A stretch of DNA of 64,000 nucleotides from Meyerozyma guilliermondii (taxonomy: Eukaryota), in NCBI GenBank assembly GCA_051546255.1, contig CP128820.1:372001-436000 (forward strand), read 5' to 3'. Positions 60,286 to 64,000 of the stretch are shown piece after piece; position 1 is the stretch's first letter, and each line of letters begins with the position of its first letter. The translations under genes and the position numbers were made by a program. The notes under the pieces were generated by a model, which saw only the letters and a list, made by a program, of their open reading frames with translations, made no database searches and was not told the DNA's origin.

Positions 60286-62478
60286 ATGGCTATTAAACAG
60301 ACTGACACGGAAAAGGGTCGCACTACCAGGGCAAGAGTTCCCACTTCATGCTTTATGTGCAGAAAACGGAAAAGAAAATGTGATAAAATAAAGCCATTTT
60401 GCACCAACTGTATTACAAACGGTAATACTGATAAGTGCACCTATGAAAAGCAACCATGGATGGAAAATGGCACGGAGTCCCAAGTATCATACATCTCTGG
60501 TGATAAGGCGAGGTTATTGCAGGATACTGTGGAGATGTACCAGAAGTTAGATGTTTCTCCAATTGGCAGCACATCTTCCAATACTTCCAACAATTTTTCT
60601 AATACATCCTCCAACAGTTCCAACACAGATACCCAAGCTACAGAGGATGATGCCACAGTTGGATTAAGCAAGGCATTTGATGGTCTCACAGTCAAGGAAT
60701 CTGTTCTCACATACTATGGCCCAACTTCGTACATGTCTGTGTTTATGAACGATAGTTATTCCAGACGTATGTTCCACCAGTATACCCAATCACAACTTCA
60801 AGGGTACAGGGAACAATGGGAAATGCCATATAGTAAAACACCTTGTTCCGACAGCGCACCAACTCAAGATGAATCGAAGGTTGTATCCGATCTTCCTCCT
60901 TTGAGAATTGTCACATTTCTTGTGGAAACGTTCTTCGAGACATTATACCCGTTTGCACCGTTCATCAACAAGTCTCCCTTTATGGAAGAGATGAAATTAG
61001 CATTGGCACAGACGGGAAATAGGACGGTCGTAACGCCACAGGGTAAGCAATTGCACAGCACAATTGCATTGGTATTGATTATGATGAGATTTTCTTTTCT
61101 TACCCTTCCCTTTCAACAGTACTATTCCAACTCACTAAGCGGAAAAATTCAAATGATGATGAAAGAAATCGTTGAAAATCAGGTAGATATTCGTCCATCA
61201 TATATCGGTCGAGCCAATATTCTTGTTTCCGCTGCTGGCTGCTTCAGTAATATCAGCCTCAGAGCAATACAGGCTGCTCTCTTATTAAGAACATATAAAC
61301 TGTTCTGTCCCGAAGGAAATGACGGAGGAACCGAGTCCAGTATATTAATTGGCTCTCTCATTCAGATGGCCAGGTTTCACGGGCTTCATAGAAACCCGGA
61401 TTTTTACAAGAGTACCATTGTTGATGTGGAAACTAAGCATTTGTGGAGAAAAATATGGGCGCAACTATTGTATTTGGACGCATCTCAATCATTTAACTTG
61501 GGAAGCCAATTGATGATTTATGAAGAAGAGAACTTCCCTTTCCTGGAAGTTCCGAATTTTGCAATTACTGATGAACCGCTCATCGTGAACAACTTTGCAG
61601 TGAAAGCACAAGTGGCTCAAATCTTACGAAACCTAATCAAACTAACTACAAAGGATGGCCATACCAAAAAGTCCATGCTACTCGAACTGGCAAACACGAT
61701 TGAGTCCTTGATGTGCAACAAAATCAGAGTATTTGAACAGCTCTACATTGCTGAGTTCAACGATGTTAATGGAGCTATAAGTAGCGATGTCTGCGACAGA
61801 GCTCTTGAATTCTGTTTGCGCTTGGACTTGACTTACAAGCTCTACATCATTTACTTTCTACTCTACTCTTCTTCTGACGATCTCGCTTCGAAGGAGAATT
61901 ATTTTAGTGCTGCGGTAGAGAGCGGTCTTATCATTCTCAGAATTGGCATAGCCTTCTGTGACACTCCACACTTATTTTTTGGAGCCCAGCTAGAAAAGGT
62001 GATTGCCCAGAACATTTTCCTAGCGGTGTATCGTACTGTGGTGTCTTTGACTTCGATAGTTCCACGGATCATAGATGGTACTTTTTCTTTGAATAATGCA
62101 GTGAAAAAGTTTACATCCCCCGACTCCGCTGGTCTCGTCACTTGGTTAAATGTTGACTTTGATAATGAACAAGCTGGACTCCACAGTTTGTTAACCAAGT
62201 TTCAGAGTCTCTACTTTTCGACTACGAACTTGGCGTCCACTTACTTCTTATGCTACCGAGTGTCTTGGGGTATGAAATATGTGTTGGACTATGTAGCAGA
62301 AAACTACCCCAGCGTCATAGAGGACAAAATGCGAGAAGAACAAATACTTTTCAGTGACGAATTCAGTGATATATACTCCACCCTCGGCGAGATGTGGAAC
62401 AGCGAATCTGTGATCAACTTTGATTATATATTTGCCAGTTTAGGTGTTGAGAATTTAGGGACAGGCTTGGAGACATAA
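60286..62478 (+). CDS. Zn2Cys6 transcription factor, Mrr1-like family
   Basis: RVPTSCFMCRKRKRKCDKIKPFCTNC...CTYEKQPW; YYGPTS; GLHRNPD...WRKIW. ATG at 60286. Confidence 0.85.
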   Translation: MAIKQTDTEKGRTTRARVPTSCFMCRKRKRKCDKIKPFCTNCITNGNTDKCTYEKQPWMENGTESQVSYISGDKARLLQDTVEMYQKLDVSPIGSTSSNTSNNFSNTSSNSSNTDTQATEDDATVGLSKAFDGLTVKESVLTYYGPTSYMSVFMNDSYSRRMFHQYTQSQLQGYREQWEMPYSKTPCSDSAPTQDESKVVSDLPPLRIVTFLVETFFETLYPFAPFINKSPFMEEMKLALAQTGNRTVVTPQGKQLHSTIALVLIMMRFSFLTLPFQQYYSNSLSGKIQMMMKEIVENQVDIRPSYIGRANILVSAAGCFSNISLRAIQAALLLRTYKLFCPEGNDGGTESSILIGSLIQMARFHGLHRNPDFYKSTIVDVETKHLWRKIWAQLLYLDASQSFNLGSQLMIYEEENFPFLEVPNFAITDEPLIVNNFAVKAQVAQILRNLIKLTTKDGHTKKSMLLELANTIESLMCNKIRVFEQLYIAEFNDVNGAISSDVCDRALEFCLRLDLTYKLYIIYFLLYSSSDDLASKENYFSAAVESGLIILRIGIAFCDTPHLFFGAQLEKVIAQNIFLAVYRTVVSLTSIVPRIIDGTFSLNNAVKKFTSPDSAGLVTWLNVDFDNEQAGLHSLLTKFQSLYFSTTNLASTYFLCYRVSWGMKYVLDYVAENYPSVIEDKMREEQILFSDEFSDIYSTLGEMWNSESVINFDYIFASLGVENLGTGLET

Positions 62479-63015
62479 TCAAATCAGTCCAAAAGAGTTG
62501 ATTTTGCATAGCGAAATCATGAGCAGACAAGGATATGGTCAGGTATTTAAACCTTGATGAGCTCAAAAATAGGGCCAGGTATTACTCTACATGTTGTGAT
62601 TCCTTACCTAGCTGAATCCAGTTGAATAGTGCAAACCAGCAGCAAGGAATAAACTGCTGATGGATACAAGCCGCACTATACTGTTCTTGGCGGAATTATC
62701 CCGCACATTATGTTGGTAGCCAATCGAAGTTGACAAGAAATATAAAAAGATGAAAGACTTCCATATCGCAACAGGAATATTTAACACAGAAAAAGAACAA
62801 GTCTATGTTCGAAGTCAGAAGAAAGAATAAGCTGAAATGCACACCCTGCAAGTCTCACTTAACGAAGTGGCTTGGACAGCCGATGAGGTTACATATATTG
62901 GAAAAGATTTTGACGAAAACTTGTTTAAAAGTCAATGCTACAAGAGACAGCGAGATTGGAAATTCTCATTTCCAAGTTAGCTGTGGAAGAAACATCAACA
63001 TATAATCGGCATAAA

Positions 63016-63996
63016 CTAGCTTTGTCCCTTTGGTTTGTACTTACCAAACCATTCCGCAATATGGCCCACGGTCCTGTCGACGACATCAGGCTGCTCATAA
63101 TACTGAAAATGGTTTGTATCGTTTTCCCAAATGAGCTTTTTGTCCTTGGTGGGTATAGACTCATAGTGACGTTTGGCTGCAAATGGGTTCATACAAGTAT
63201 CGGAGTGAACGACCAAAGCTGGCTTGTTGAGCTTAGAAACTCCCTCTACCGTTGAATAGGAAAAGTGATCCAAGTCGCTTAGAATTGCATACTTGTTTTC
63301 CCAGCCCTTGAGAGTCCATGGACCATACCACGACCACACCAAAGGTCCCGGTAATCCCGCGGAAGACCCTTCTTCAAATGTGCCCAACTTTGGATCGACC
63401 AAAGGCTGGTAAACTACTTCACCTGTGGTTTCGTACTTCTCCTTGGCTTCGCGAGCCCGCTGCAAACGAGCCTCTAAAAGCTTCTCAAGCTGTTCAGTTG
63501 AAGGTGCGGTTTCTTTATCGAAAGGATTTTCACATACTCCGGCGGCTATCATGAACAAATCTGTTTCGTGGTCCCTATAGTATCCTGTTACAGAAGCCAC
63601 AGCAGTAACTCGATCATCATAGGAAGCAATATCCAACATCTCAGGACCACCTTGACAAATACCAACGAGATAGATTCCAGAAACCTCTTTTTTCTCGACC
63701 AAATAGTCAATTGCGGCCACTGCGTCCTCATTTTTCATCTTGGGATTCTCAAGACGACGAGGGCTACCACTGGACTCACCAACGGTCCGTGGGTCAAATA
63801 CCACTGCATAGTAACCTTCGTCCGCAAGACGAGTTGCATACTGAGTGGGCGCTTGTTCCTTGGAAAAAGAGTATGGACCAAGTAGGACTGCTGCTGGGTG
63901 TGGGCCTTCTCCTCTTGGGATAAAAGCAACCCCAGCACATGTTTCGCCGTGGCTGGGGAAACTGAACTTTTCAACAGTGTAATTTCCGTGTGACAT
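63016..63996 (-). CDS. Alpha/beta hydrolase with a Cys nucleophile elbow (YcjY/DLH/peptidase S15-like)
   Basis: KEQAPTQYATRLA..GY....FDPR..GES.G.PR; GICQGG elbow; C-terminal NHFQYY. Confidence 0.88.
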   Translation of the reverse strand: MSHGNYTVEKFSFPSHGETCAGVAFIPRGEGPHPAAVLLGPYSFSKEQAPTQYATRLADEGYYAVVFDPRTVGESSGSPRRLENPKMKNEDAVAAIDYLVEKKEVSGIYLVGICQGGPEMLDIASYDDRVTAVASVTGYYRDHETDLFMIAAGVCENPFDKETAPSTEQLEKLLEARLQRAREAKEKYETTGEVVYQPLVDPKLGTFEEGSSAGLPGPLVWSWYGPWTLKGWENKYAILSDLDHFSYSTVEGVSKLNKPALVVHSDTCMNPFAAKRHYESIPTKDKKLIWENDTNHFQYYEQPDVVDRTVGHIAEWFGKYKPKGQS

Positions 63997-64000
63997 TTTG

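Overview
Gene-dense nuclear DNA from a CUG-Ser (CTG-clade) budding yeast, most like Meyerozyma/Debaryomycetaceae. Many 'L' residues in the supplied ORF track are CTG codons that should read Ser. Bases 1-48.6 kb hold mostly conserved genes: VPS13 (5'-truncated), FMT1, an MFS transporter, a PCI-like protein, an MDR oxidoreductase, MED3, TRP5, RRN6, CWH41, spliced MTR2, a 5'-nucleotidase, RPS4, GYP5, SPG5, a short GAL4, a UBE2W-type E2, SGS1, ZFS1/CTH1, GCN1 and MIG1/2. The main discovery is an ~8.4-kb accessory island (~49.45-57.8 kb) between MIG1/2 and RIM4. It carries an RTA1-like exporter, a Zn2Cys6 regulator, a sugar-porter-family transporter, an intact but catalytically dead nitrilase paralog and an active nitrilase. 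The transporter/pseudo-nitrilase and nitrilase promoters share a private CGG-N10-CCG motif, and GATA sites lie upstream of the regulator and the transporter. The island is bracketed by a diverged direct duplication of the RIM4 promoter and first codons. The window ends with an Mrr1-like regulator and a bacterial-like Cys-nucleophile alpha/beta hydrolase. All assignments come from motif recognition by eye; no searches were run.
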